A stretch of DNA of 64,000 nucleotides from positions 5,024,001 through 5,088,000 of the forward strand of contig CAVUSO010000001.1 in NCBI GenBank assembly GCA_963744145.1. Direction: 5' to 3'. The notes below the pieces were generated by a model. The model was given only the letters and a program-made list of their open reading frames with translations. It did not search any database and was not told the DNA's origin. The translations under genes and the position numbers were made by a program. This stretch comes from an uncultured cyanobacterium (GTDB lineage: Bacteria; Cyanobacteriota; Cyanobacteriia; Cyanobacteriales; CAWUOF01). Positions 23,654 to 34,515 of the stretch are shown piece after piece (within the stretch, counting starts at the first letter, position 1; the number at the start of each line of letters is the position of its first letter).

Positions 23654-26006
23654 ATGGCAATTGGGGTTGCAATATTTCAACTAATTTATCCTCTGTGGAA
23701 AAAAGGAGTTTTTAATAATTTCAAAACTGTTGTAGAATTTGGCGCACAAGATATATATTTTCCTGAAGTAAAACAACTAATAACATTATTAAAATCTGCT
23801 GGCTTTGCTCTTCCTAAGAATAATGTTATTACAACTCAAATGTTTTATGATTTTTTAGGATTTAAAATATATAAGTGTATCGATGCAGATGGACATAATA
23901 ACGCTTTAGTATTTGATATTAATAAAGATTTTGCCGAGGAATATAATTATCGAGAAAAATTTGACTTAGTTACAAATCTTGGAACGATAGAGCATTGCTT
24001 TAATCAATACAATGGCTTTAAAAATGCTCATAACCTATGTGCAACAAATGGGATCATGCTTCACTATAATTGTTTTCAAGGAAATGTAGATCATGGTTTC
24101 TATAATTACCAACCATGTTTTTTTATCGATTTAGCAAAAGCTAACAATTATCAAATATTGGGAATATATTGTAATTGTTATAAAAATGGCTTTCCTAGAG
24201 AATATGGTATTTATCCTTATAGTGAAAAACTAATAAATTTATTAAGTCCGGATACAAGTTTGGATCTATTCATAATTTTTAAAAAGACTAAAGAACAAGA
24301 ATTTCGGACTCCATTTCAAGATTTTTTTAGCCCGGCGAGTCGTCTAAATGAATATGAATATAACCGCTCAATAGAGTTAGATTCAGATGGTAATAATTCT
24401 AATTTTAACGATGATATTAAACCTGAAGAAAACCAACTTGAGCAAACCCAGGAGAAACTTGAAAAAACAGTTGAACATTGTTATGAAGCTATCCAAATCC
24501 AACCAAATTTTGCTGAACATTACCAAGCCCTAGGGAATGCTTTGCAAACACAAGGAAAAATAGAATCTGCTGTTCGCGCTTATTCAAAAGCATTACAAAT
24601 AAATCCTGGTTTGGCAGAAGCCTATTATTATTTAGCAAAAGTATTGTGTTTAGTACCTGGTTCCTTACATAACTTAACAATAATCAGATGTTGGGATGTA
24701 TTAATTGAGGTTGTTCCTGATCTAGCAATGATTGCTGTTCGGGAAGCGATCGCTGTTAAACCTGATTGGGTACAGCCCTACTTTTACTTAGGAAATATGC
24801 TTCTTTTTTGGGAAGGCGCGAAAAGAAGAGGCATTAGAAATATGGCAGAAAGGTAATCAAATACAAAAACAACTTGCTGAAATACGTCAGGTAAATAAGA
24901 AAGGAATCCGATTTATTACACCCTATTCTTGGGGAAATTTCCCGATTGGTCACATAGCAGAATTAGATACCTATGTAAAAATGGGCATTCTGGGCTGGCA
25001 TTCCTATTCCCAGACAATTTTGTTGGCTTATGGTTATATTGCCAATCCTTGTTACCTCAATTACTGGCGGCGTTATATTAATATTAATTCTGAGCCTTTA
25101 GAAATGCAAAATCTTCTGCCTACCGTTGAATATTTAGAAGAGTATCTAACTTTTACAACCCTTTTAGATGGACAAGTTGTATATCGTCCTGATGCCTATA
25201 TCCTTGTCCAAAAACAATGGGAAGCAGAGCGACGTTCACCATTACTTACTTTATTAGATTCAGATTACGAACGTGGTTGGGCTTGTTTACAAAAACTCGG
25301 TGTGCCTAAAAATGCTTGGTTTGTAGGCTTGCACGTTCGAGAACCGGGTTATCATAAACAATATAATAACTCAAACCGAGATGGTCGCAACGCAGACATT
25401 AGTACCTACATTTTAGCCATCCAGTCTATTGTCAATCGTGGTGGTTGGGTGATTCGGATGGGAGACTCTACGATGAAACCACTACCACCAATGAATCAGG
25501 TTATTGATTATGCCCATAGCAAAGCTAAAAGCGATTGGATGGACGTGTTTCTTTGGTCTCAATGTCGCTTTTTTATTGGTTCAGCTTCTGGACCGATATA
25601 TGTTCCTCCGACATTTGGTGTACCCTGTGTTATAACCAACTGGACAATCTTAGGTATTCGGCCCTTCTTTGGAAACAGTATATTTATTCCCAAACTTTTA
25701 TTTTCTGAACGGGAACAGCGTTACCTGAATTTCACTGAAATACTGTCTAATTCCATCGGTTACGTTAATGAAGCAACCAAATTTTTGGCTTCAATGGGCA
25801 TTAAAGTGATAGATAACACACCAGAGGAAATCAAAGAGTTAGTTATGGAAATGCTAGACGGTTTAGATGGTAAATTTAATTGTTCAGCTGAAGATTTAAA
25901 TTTGCAAAAAAAATTTAATATTTTGACCGAAACTTATCAAAGCTATGGGTTAGCTCCAATCGGACAATCTTTTTTGCGTAAATATGCTCAACTGTTATCA
26001 AATTAA
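23654..26006 (+). CDS. Probable single fusion protein: methyltransferase-like domain + TPR repeats + TIGR04372-like glycosyltransferase (split near 24820)
   Basis: VEFGAQD / NLGTIEH / DHGFYNYQP N-domain; TPR motifs; open frame continues from ~24820 into 24981 ORF with LHVRE, RNADI, IRMG, MDVFL, DNTPEEI. Confidence 0.6.
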
Positions 26007-26078
26007 CTTGACAATTGCAAAGATTTATCTTGATTTTGGATTAAAAAATATTTTTTTAAATTAAAAGGAGTTTATAAC

Positions 26079-26801
26079 ATGAGTCAGCCAACGTTATCTG
26101 TATTTATGCCTAACTATAATCAAGCACAATACATTAGTGAATCATTGCAGGCAATATTAGATCAGAGTTTTCAACCGATTGAAGTTATTATTGTTGACGA
26201 TTATTCTACCGATAATAGTATTGAAATTATCGAAAAATTTGCTAGAAGATATCCAATTATTCGCTTATTTCGTAATGAACAAAATCAAGGAGCAATTTTA
26301 ACTTGTAAAAAAGCGGTCGAAATTGCATCAGGAGATTATTTATTTGGTATTGCTTCCGACGACAAAATATTACCTGGATTATTTGAAAATTCTATAAATC
26401 TCTTTAAAAAATATCCGCAAGCTGGACTTTGTTGTTCAGACTTCATGACGCTTGATATTCAGACAGATGCTACTAGGGAACATAGATTGTATTTAAGTGA
26501 TAAACCCCGCTATTTTTCTCCAGATGAATTTCTCAAAATTATTTTGAATCGACCGATCAACGCAATGCCAATCTATGATCGCACCTGTGTAATGAGACGT
26601 GCTGTTGCAATGGAAGCGGGTGGATGTTTTACACCAGAACTACGCAACTATGGAGGTTGGTTTACACAATTTGTACTTGGCTTTAGATACGGTATTTGTT
26701 ATTTCCCTGAATTATCAGCAGTTCAAAGGATGACATCTGAACCATACCATAAAACTGAGCAGAAAAATTGCAGAGTCAATTTGAAGTTATTACATATATG
26801 A
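26079..26801 (+). CDS. Glycosyltransferase family 2; coding sequence probably continues past frameshifts towards 27166
   Basis: SVFMPNYN, VDDYSTD, ASDD motifs. Confidence 0.85.
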   Translation: MSQPTLSVFMPNYNQAQYISESLQAILDQSFQPIEVIIVDDYSTDNSIEIIEKFARRYPIIRLFRNEQNQGAILTCKKAVEIASGDYLFGIASDDKILPGLFENSINLFKKYPQAGLCCSDFMTLDIQTDATREHRLYLSDKPRYFSPDEFLKIILNRPINAMPIYDRTCVMRRAVAMEAGGCFTPELRNYGGWFTQFVLGFRYGICYFPELSAVQRMTSEPYHKTEQKNCRVNLKLLHI

Positions 26802-27165
26802 TTCAATTATTGGAAACGTCCCGCTTATGATGATGTCAAGTCATATTTTCAGCGTACCGTTAGCTTATCAATTATCCATTAATATTTTGCGGGTAGTTTC
26901 CAATTACCTCAAATATTGGAAATATATATCTCTTCGGTTCCTACAACATATATCAAGTTTAGATTTATTACTTGATCCGAGTTTAGAGCCACTCCGATCA
27001 TAAAGGGAGAAATTGATGTCTCCGGGCAGCAATATTATTAAATTTAGGACGTTTAGTAGAAGCAAAAGAAGTAGCATTATCGGGATTAAAATGCCAACCA
27101 AATCATAAAAATGCTCAGGTTATTTAAGCGAATTATTAAGCAAATACGAGCTAATAATATCGGCG

Positions 27166-29430
27166 ATGCCAAGATCACAATATCTCGACTCCTTAATAGT
27201 CAATACTTCAGGTTTAGATCACCAACGTCAAGAACGACAAAAACTTGCTAATGAATGGCTGAACTTACCAACAGAACAACTTGAAAGTGCTTACTTAGGT
27301 GAAATTGGTAAAAGACATGAATTATTACTGAATAGTGGGATTAGAGATGAAGCTTTAACAGATAGCGAAAAGAATTTTGCTAATCAACTATCAACCCAAA
27401 TTGCTCAAGGATTTGCTGCACCGAAATCGGTTCAGTATCTATTAGCAGCGATGCTATATCGATCGGGCTGATCAACTACCTTTAAAATATGAACGTGCCC
27501 CCATTCCGAAATGGCTAGCAAATGACTATGTAAAATTTATGTTTAACTCTCCAAATATATTTCAAGAAATTGGAGAAGCCGATAATTATTATCGCTATAT
27601 GCAGGTATGGATCAATTACGTCTATGTTAATATTGTCAATCATCCAGAATCCCCAGTTTGGCAATCAGTTGCTTGGTTTTTCACCCAAAATAACTAACTT
27701 TATTCCCTTATATTTTAACACTGCAAATTTGCGAGACATCTACAAACAACGAGCAGAAATAATGGAGTTTGCATCTGAAACTTCGTGGCGCTCAAATTGA
27801 TTATATTTTTCCCGATCGCTCAGCGAACAGACCAAAAATTCGGTTCGGAATACTAAAAGAACATTTTTATCCCCAAACAGAAACATTTGCGATTTTACCT
27901 ACCTTTGAACACCTCAACCGAACCCAATTTGAAATTATTCTTTATGCTAATAATACCAACGGTCAACTTTTAGAACAATATTGTCAAAGTCGTGCGGACA
28001 AACTGGTGACACTCCCACATGATTTACCAGGTCAAGTACAAACAATCCGAGCTGATGACCTAGATATTCTTTTTATTGCCACTAATGTAACTGCTGTCAC
28101 TAAATTTACAACTTTACTACCATTGCATCGATTAGCTCGAATCCAACTTACCTCTTTTGCTGCTCCGGTCAGCACTGGGATGCGCCATATAGATTACTAC
28201 ATTGCTGGTAAACTAACTGCACCGATACCAACATCATCAGAGCAATATACTGAGCAATTAATCAATCTAGAAGATTCGGGTTTGTGTTTTCGTTATAGTG
28301 TTGAAGAAGACACTCCTCAGATTAAACCAACCAAAGCTAACTGGGGTGCAAACCAAGATTCAGTTGTATTTATTTCCGGTGCAAATTTTTATAAGATTAT
28401 TCCTGAGTTACGGGAAACCTGGGCAAAAATTATTGCATCTGTACCTAATTCTATCCTAGTTTTATATCCCTTTAACCCAAACTGGACTAATGTTTATCCA
28501 GGTGAAAATGCTTTTGTTAATCATCTACGCTCAGTATTTTCTCAGCATCAAATTGAGTCAACCCGGCTAATTTTGCTCAAAGCACTACCTAGTCCTGCTG
28601 ATATCAAAGAATGTTTAAAACTAGCTGATGTCTATCTCGACTCTTATCCATACGGGGGAGCAACTTCCTTAGTCGATCCCCTGACTGTAGGTTTACCCAC
28701 TGTCGTGATGGAAGGGAATGCGTTAAGGTTTAGACAAGCATCGGCTTTGTTGCGATCGCTGCAAATTCCCGATCTAATTACTAATAGTGAAGAAACCTAT
28801 ATCAAATTAGCTGTTTCCCTAGGTACTAATCCAAAATTGCGGCAACATTACCGTCAACAAATCCAGCAAAAAATGCAGCAAAATCCATCATTTTTAGATA
28901 GTCGTTCTTATTCAGCCCAAATAGGTGAATTATTTCAAGAACTGTTCCAAAAATGGCAAACTCAATCAGAAAATAATCAGATGGAAATATCTTCCCGTCC
29001 ACTTCTTGCTGCTAATCTCACCACGGAATTTATTAATCGTCTCCATGGTTGTGCAAATCTTTATTGGATCGATCCATCAGAACAATCTATTATCTTAGAA
29101 CTCCGTCAACTTCGTCAAGAACTAGCTAAGTTTTGGTTAAAAATTTCTCCCGGACAACTAGAAACTATTTATCAAAACCAACTAGCCAAAGCATATCAAG
29201 CTTTAATGAATAGTGGTTTCCGGAGTGAACCTTTGACCGAAACTGAACAAATCTTACTACAAGAATTAGTCCAGGAATTAGGAAAAGGGTTTGAACCACC
29301 TCTAGCTCTAAACTATTTGCTAGCAATTATGCCCTATTTACCTAGTGGGAAAATGCGAGTAACTGATGCTCATAATAATTTACCAAATTGGCTATTAAAA
29401 GAGTACCAGAGTTTTTTTGCAATTGACTAA
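27166..29430 (+). CDS. GT41 (O-GlcNAc transferase/SPINDLY/HMW1C-like) glycosyltransferase, frameshifted into three ORFs
   Basis: IRADDLDIL, RLARIQ, STGMRHIDYY, ANFYKIIPE, DVYLDSYPYGGATS motifs. Confidence 0.8.
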
Positions 29431-29480
29431 TTTTAAACAAAATGCTTTCTAACAGATATCAACCTTTGGAAAAGTAAATT

Positions 29481-30683
29481 ATGGCAGAAGTAATTTATAG
29501 AGCTTCAATGTACGGGGCATTATTACATGCTAAAGGAAAAGGATTTTTACCTAAGACTGTTATAGATGTAGGAGCTGGACTGGGAACGTTTGAGCTTTAT
29601 GGAGCTTTTCCTGATGCCCAACATCTGTTAATTGAACCTATTCAAGAAAATGAAATATATCTTAAAAAAATTTGTCAAATTCTCGACAATGCTGAATATA
29701 TAATTGCCGCAGCTACAAAAGAAACGGAGGTTGTACCTCTTCAAGTTAGCACCAGTAACTATATCTATTCTTCTATTACTGAAAATCGAGAAGTTAATCC
29801 AGCATGTATGGAATTAAGGCAAATTCAAGCTATTACTTTAGATCGACTTTATAAAGATCGGAATTTATCAGGTCCATTTTTAATCAAAATTGACGTAGAT
29901 GGTAAAGAATTAGATGTACTTTATGGAGCTAGAGAAATTCTTAAAAATACAGAGATTGTGGTTATGGAAATTGCTATTTTCAATCAATTTCCGCTGATAA
30001 ACTTTATGAAAGAAGCAGGATTTATCATTTATGATATCGTTGATATTGGTTACACCCCAAATCAAGATTTATGGCAATTCGATCTCTTTTTTGTCAAAGA
30101 AAAAGGACAATTGGTAATAACAAATTATAGTGAAAACAAACAGCAAGAAGCAGAAGTAAATACATATTTAAGTACCTATCGGAAAAATATGATAGATCAT
30201 ATTGAAAATTTACTATTATATAAGCAGCAAAAATTAGAAGTTAATGATTTATACCTCAAAACTTATGTTGTAGATCCCCAATTAATTAATTATTTGCAGA
30301 CCTGTATCGATCGCTATATAAATAATCCGTCACAGGAATCTATTATTGCAGAACTGCGTCAACTTCGTCAAAAATTAGCTAATTCTTGGCTAAAAGCTCA
30401 TCCTTACCAACTAGAAACCATTTACCAAAATCACTTAATTAAAACCTATCAAGCTTTAATGAATAGTGGTTTCCGTAGTGAACCTTTGACCGAAACTGAA
30501 CAACCTTTATTTCAAGAATTAGCTCACCAATTAGGAAAAGGATTTACACAACCTCAAGCACTTAATTACCTATTAGCGATTATGCCCTATTTTCCTCAAG
30601 GTAAAATGCGGATAGTTGATGCTCAGGTTCATCTACCGCAGTGGTTACTCAAGGAATATCAGCAGTTTTTTGAAACTGTTTGA
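29481..30683 (+). CDS. FkbM family methyltransferase with C-terminal helical domain shared with the GT41 protein
   Basis: VIDVGAG, LIEP, IKIDVDGKE; C-terminal ~130 aa similar to the GT41 C-terminus. Confidence 0.85.
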   Translation: MAEVIYRASMYGALLHAKGKGFLPKTVIDVGAGLGTFELYGAFPDAQHLLIEPIQENEIYLKKICQILDNAEYIIAAATKETEVVPLQVSTSNYIYSSITENREVNPACMELRQIQAITLDRLYKDRNLSGPFLIKIDVDGKELDVLYGAREILKNTEIVVMEIAIFNQFPLINFMKEAGFIIYDIVDIGYTPNQDLWQFDLFFVKEKGQLVITNYSENKQQEAEVNTYLSTYRKNMIDHIENLLLYKQQKLEVNDLYLKTYVVDPQLINYLQTCIDRYINNPSQESIIAELRQLRQKLANSWLKAHPYQLETIYQNHLIKTYQALMNSGFRSEPLTETEQPLFQELAHQLGKGFTQPQALNYLLAIMPYFPQGKMRIVDAQVHLPQWLLKEYQQFFETV

Positions 30684-30806
30684 TTTTGACCCCAAGGAAA
30701 ACTAGAGATGCGATCGCCCTGAGCTGATCCCAAAATTAAGCTAAAATTAGCTAGGGACTAGCATAGCTACTTTGTTTAACCCTCAATATCAAAAATAATC
30801 TCGACT

Positions 30807-31268
30807 ATGTTAACTCAACCTGAACCAGCAACTAAGAGTTTATATGATACTGACTATCATCTCTGGATTCTAGAAACTCTGAGAAAATTAGAAAATAAGG
30901 ATTTCGAGTCTCTAGATTTAGAAAATTTAATTGAAGAGGTCTCGGATTTGAGTCGTCGAGAGAAAAGAAAGCTGGAAAGTTTATTAACTCGTTTGTTAGA
31001 ACACTTACTTAAGCTTAAATATTGGTATTCAGAAAAAGATCACAATCAAAATCATTGGCAAAGAGAAATTCGGAATTTCCGTAAGCAAATTAACCGAGAG
31101 TTGTTAGCGAGTCCTAGTCTGAGAAGTTATCTGTTGGAAAAGTTGGATGAACTTTATCAGGATGCGCGGGAGTTGGTGTCCGATGCTTCTGGGTTGTCTG
31201 TTAATGACTTTCCCCCAACTGCGATCGCTAATTTAGAACAAATTTTAGACGAAAATTGGTTACCTTGA
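30807..31268 (+). CDS. DUF29 family protein
   Basis: LYDTDYHLW, LDLENLIEEV, HLLKLKYW, SPSL motifs. Confidence 0.9.
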   Translation: MLTQPEPATKSLYDTDYHLWILETLRKLENKDFESLDLENLIEEVSDLSRREKRKLESLLTRLLEHLLKLKYWYSEKDHNQNHWQREIRNFRKQINRELLASPSLRSYLLEKLDELYQDARELVSDASGLSVNDFPPTAIANLEQILDENWLP

Positions 31269-31317
31269 GTAAATTTGTAGAGATATTGCCAATAAAAATT
31301 AAAATGAGGGCGCTAAT

Positions 31318-31902
31318 ATGACAGTTACCTTACCACCAAAAAAACACCAAGAAACTAGGCTAATGCTAACAGAAATTAGCTGGTCACAAATGGCTGATAT
31401 TGAAAAAACTTTTACCAATATCGGTGGGGTCAGATTTTTATATTTAGACGGAATTCTGGAAATTATGACAATTAGCCCAGAGCATGAGGAAATCAAAAGT
31501 ACAATAGGTGCTTTATTAGAAGCTTACATGAGACAAAAGGGTATCAAATATTACATCAGAGGTGGATTTACTTTAGGAAACCAAGCACAAATGGCTAAAA
31601 AAGAACCCGATGAATCCTATAATTTTCAAACCAAAAAAGCCATTCCCGATCTAGTAATTGAAGTAATCTTTACCAGTGGTGGTATAGATATTTTAGAATT
31701 ATATAAAAGAATCGGCATTCCCGAAGTATGGCTGTGGCAAGATGGTGTATTAAGTATATATGATTTGAAATCAGAGTATGAAAAAGTCCAAAAGAGTCAA
31801 TTTTTACCAGAGCTTGACATAAATTTATTAGTGCAGTACAATAGTCATTATGACCAATATGAGGCTGTTAGCGAGTTTATTGAGGAGATTAAAAAAATCT
31901 AA
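31318..31902 (+). CDS. Uma2 (DUF820) family endonuclease-like protein
   Basis: SPEHE, EPDESY, PDLVIEV, GIPEVW motifs. Confidence 0.9.
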   Translation: MTVTLPPKKHQETRLMLTEISWSQMADIEKTFTNIGGVRFLYLDGILEIMTISPEHEEIKSTIGALLEAYMRQKGIKYYIRGGFTLGNQAQMAKKEPDESYNFQTKKAIPDLVIEVIFTSGGIDILELYKRIGIPEVWLWQDGVLSIYDLKSEYEKVQKSQFLPELDINLLVQYNSHYDQYEAVSEFIEEIKKI

Positions 31903-32128
31903 ATGCAAATGCAAGCTCATCAGACGGGAATCCTCACCATATACCGCACTTTTGCTCAGAGCTACGGTGAAGCCAACGGTCAGTGTGGATGGATTTTCTG
32001 TGTATTGTTTATAAGTAAAGAAGGGAATTCTGTCCCTGATATTAGGGGCAATATCGGAGAAGTTTTTTCATAACTAGCTTGGGTTAAGTGTCAGTTATGG
32101 GATGAATATAAGAGAGGAAAATAGAGAA

Positions 32129-32362
32129 ATGAATGTGCGAACTTTACAACTAAATTTTCCTAACACCATTGAACAAAGCGACGAAGAGTTACGTTTACTT
32201 ATTGCCGCTAAATTATATGAAAATGGCACGTTAACATCAGGACAATCTGCCGAATTAGCAGGTTTAAGTAAGAGAGAATTTATTGAAGCGATCGGCAAGT
32301 ACAATGTTTCAGTTTTTAGTAAATTAGTTGAAGATTTAGAATCGGATATTGAAAATGCCTAA
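32129..32362 (+). CDS. UPF0175 family putative antitoxin; its usual PIN partner is reduced to a few codons
   Basis: AAKLYENGTLTSGQSAELAGLSKREF HTH-like motif; overlapping ATG CCT AAT GTG GTT then sequence switches to the DUF29 leader. Confidence 0.8.
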   Translation: MNVRTLQLNFPNTIEQSDEELRLLIAAKLYENGTLTSGQSAELAGLSKREFIEAIGKYNVSVFSKLVEDLESDIENA

Positions 32363-32394
32363 TGTGGTTGATAATGTCATTACTTTAAAGGTAA

Positions 32395-32999
32395 ATCTCG
32401 ACTATGTTAACTCAACCCAACCAATTAACTAAGAGTTTATATAATACCGACTATCATCTCTGGGTGCTAGAAACTCTGAAAAACCTAGAAAATAAAGATT
32501 TTGAATCTCTGGATTTAGAAAATTTAATTGAGGAGGTCTCAGATTTGAGTCGGCGACAAAAAAAGAAATTAAAAAGTTTGTTAAGAAATTTGTTTGAGCA
32601 TCTATTAAAGCTAAAGTATTGGCAAGCTGAACAGAATAATAACTTTAGGCATTGGCAAGGAGAAATTACTAATTTTCGTAAACAGATCAAAGATGAGCTT
32701 GAAGATAGTCCTAGTCTTACTTCTTATCTGCTGGAAGTATTGGATAAGTGTTATCAAGATGGGCGGGAAATTGCCGCCGCGAAATCGGGACTTGCTCTAA
32801 AAGTTTTTCCGGAACAGGCGATCGCCAATTTAGAACAAATATTAGATGAAAATTGGTTGCCTTAATCGGATTTGCAGATATATTTCCATCATAAATGTCG
32901 CCAGGGAAGAATAATAATGGGACAGCTTAGAAATTTCGTAACACCCCTGCATCAAGCAACTCAGCGAGACTATCTAGCTCGCCTGGTTGATGATAAAGT
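32395..32999 (+). repeat. ~600 bp direct repeat, copy 2
   Basis: Matches 11615-12212 including the intergenic region and first ~27 codons of the methyltransferase. Confidence 0.9.
32404..32865 (+). CDS. DUF29 family protein
   Basis: Same motifs as the 30807 paralogue; intact. Confidence 0.9.
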   Translation: MLTQPNQLTKSLYNTDYHLWVLETLKNLENKDFESLDLENLIEEVSDLSRRQKKKLKSLLRNLFEHLLKLKYWQAEQNNNFRHWQGEITNFRKQIKDELEDSPSLTSYLLEVLDKCYQDGREIAAAKSGLALKVFPEQAIANLEQILDENWLP

Positions 33000-33136
33000 T
33001 AAAAGCAGAATATGAAAGAAGCGATCGCAGTGTCTTACTACCAGACCTTGATATCGCTTTATTGACTCGTTATATTACTTATTACGACCAATACGATACT
33101 GTGATAGAATTTATTAATGTATTGAGACAAGTATAG
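32918..33136 (+). pseudogene. Chimeric remnant: methyltransferase 5' stub joined to a Uma2 3' stub
   Basis: MGQLRNFVTPLHQATQRDYLARLVDDK then, in another frame, AEYERSDRSVLLPDLDIALLTRYITYYDQYDTVIEF similar to the Uma2 C-termini in this window. Confidence 0.7.
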
Positions 33137-33152
33137 GGAGGAAGTGGTAAAA

Positions 33153-33941
33153 ATGCCTTCACCTTTTCCAGGAATGAACCCTTACCTAGAGCATCCTGAT
33201 TTATGGAGTGAAGTTCATAGTCGCTTAATTGTTGCTATCGCTAATGCAATTTTGCCCCAACTTAGTCTAAATTATCGGGTAGCTATTGAAAAACGTATCT
33301 ATCTAAGTATTTCTAATGAATTAGCAGGTATTCCTGATGTAACCATAATATCAAGACAATCTCCGACGACATTAACAACTACTAACCAGTATAATAGTAC
33401 CAGTCTACTTAATCACCTCGAACCTACCTTAGTTAAATTACCAATTCCAGAAACAGTAAAAGAAGGTTATTTAGAAATTAGGGAAGGTTTAGCAGGTAAA
33501 GTAATTACAGTCATAGAAATTCTCTCTCCGGCAAATAAACGCTCAGGTCCAGGACGCGATGAATATGAAAAAAAGAGAAATAAAGTTTTACAGCAGCAAA
33601 CAAATTTAGTCGAAATTGACTTACTTAGAGGTGGTAAACCAATGCCATTATTAGGAGTGAAAGCTAAATCTGATTATCGCATTTTAGTATGTCAAGGTGA
33701 GGAGTTACCTCATGGTAGATTATATGCTTTTACTATCCGTCAACCAATACCAATTTTCCCGGTTCCTTTGAAACTAGGAGAAACTCAACCAGAAGTAAAC
33801 TTACAAGAATTACTCCAGGAAATATATGAACAAGCCCGATTCGATCTAGCTATAGATTATTTACTCGAACCTGTACCACCTTTATCATCAAAAGACCGAG
33901 AATGGGCTAATCTGATCCTCCAGGAACAAAAGAAAAGGTAA
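33153..33941 (+). CDS. DUF4058 family protein (Uma2/PD-(D/E)xK-like)
   Basis: MPSPFPGMNPYLE start, IEILSPANK, LVEIDLLRGG motifs. Confidence 0.9.
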   Translation: MPSPFPGMNPYLEHPDLWSEVHSRLIVAIANAILPQLSLNYRVAIEKRIYLSISNELAGIPDVTIISRQSPTTLTTTNQYNSTSLLNHLEPTLVKLPIPETVKEGYLEIREGLAGKVITVIEILSPANKRSGPGRDEYEKKRNKVLQQQTNLVEIDLLRGGKPMPLLGVKAKSDYRILVCQGEELPHGRLYAFTIRQPIPIFPVPLKLGETQPEVNLQELLQEIYEQARFDLAIDYLLEPVPPLSSKDREWANLILQEQKKR

Positions 33942-33989
33942 CAGCGATCGCACCTAAAAAAGTGCTAAAACTACCATAGAGGTAATGAG

Positions 33990-34433
33990 ATGAATAATGA
34001 ATCTGATCTGTATGAACAAGATTATTATCTCTGGTTACAAGCAACTTATCAGAGCTTAGAGAAAAAGGACATTGAGCTGATTGATTGGCCACATTTAATG
34101 GAGGAAATATTAAGTTTGGGCAACGAACAAAGACGTAAAGTAAATAGTTATTTACGACAACTTTTAATTCATTTATTACTTTACCAGTATTGGAAATCAG
34201 AAAGGGATATTTGCGCTAAGGGTTGGCAAAATGAAATTGATAATTTTCGATTTGAACTGGAATTATTGTTAAAGTCTCAGACTTTGTATAATTATTTTTT
34301 GCAGCAGATTGAAGAAATTTATCTCAAAGCGAGAAAGCAGGCAATTAAAAAAAGTGAATTGCTCCCAGAGATTTTTCCCGAACATTGTCCTTTTACTCCT
34401 GATGAGTTGCTGGATTCTGAATTTTTGCCCTAA
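33990..34433 (+). CDS. DUF29 family protein (more divergent paralogue)
   Basis: LYEQDYYLW, IDWPHLMEEI, FPEHCPF motifs. Confidence 0.85.
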   Translation: MNNESDLYEQDYYLWLQATYQSLEKKDIELIDWPHLMEEILSLGNEQRRKVNSYLRQLLIHLLLYQYWKSERDICAKGWQNEIDNFRFELELLLKSQTLYNYFLQQIEEIYLKARKQAIKKSELLPEIFPEHCPFTPDELLDSEFLP

Positions 34434-34515
34434 TCATTTTTTCAGATTGACTGTCGATTAATTAGTGGATGATGTAGAATTAGACATTAGACTAAACAAT
34501 TGAGGTGATTTAATT

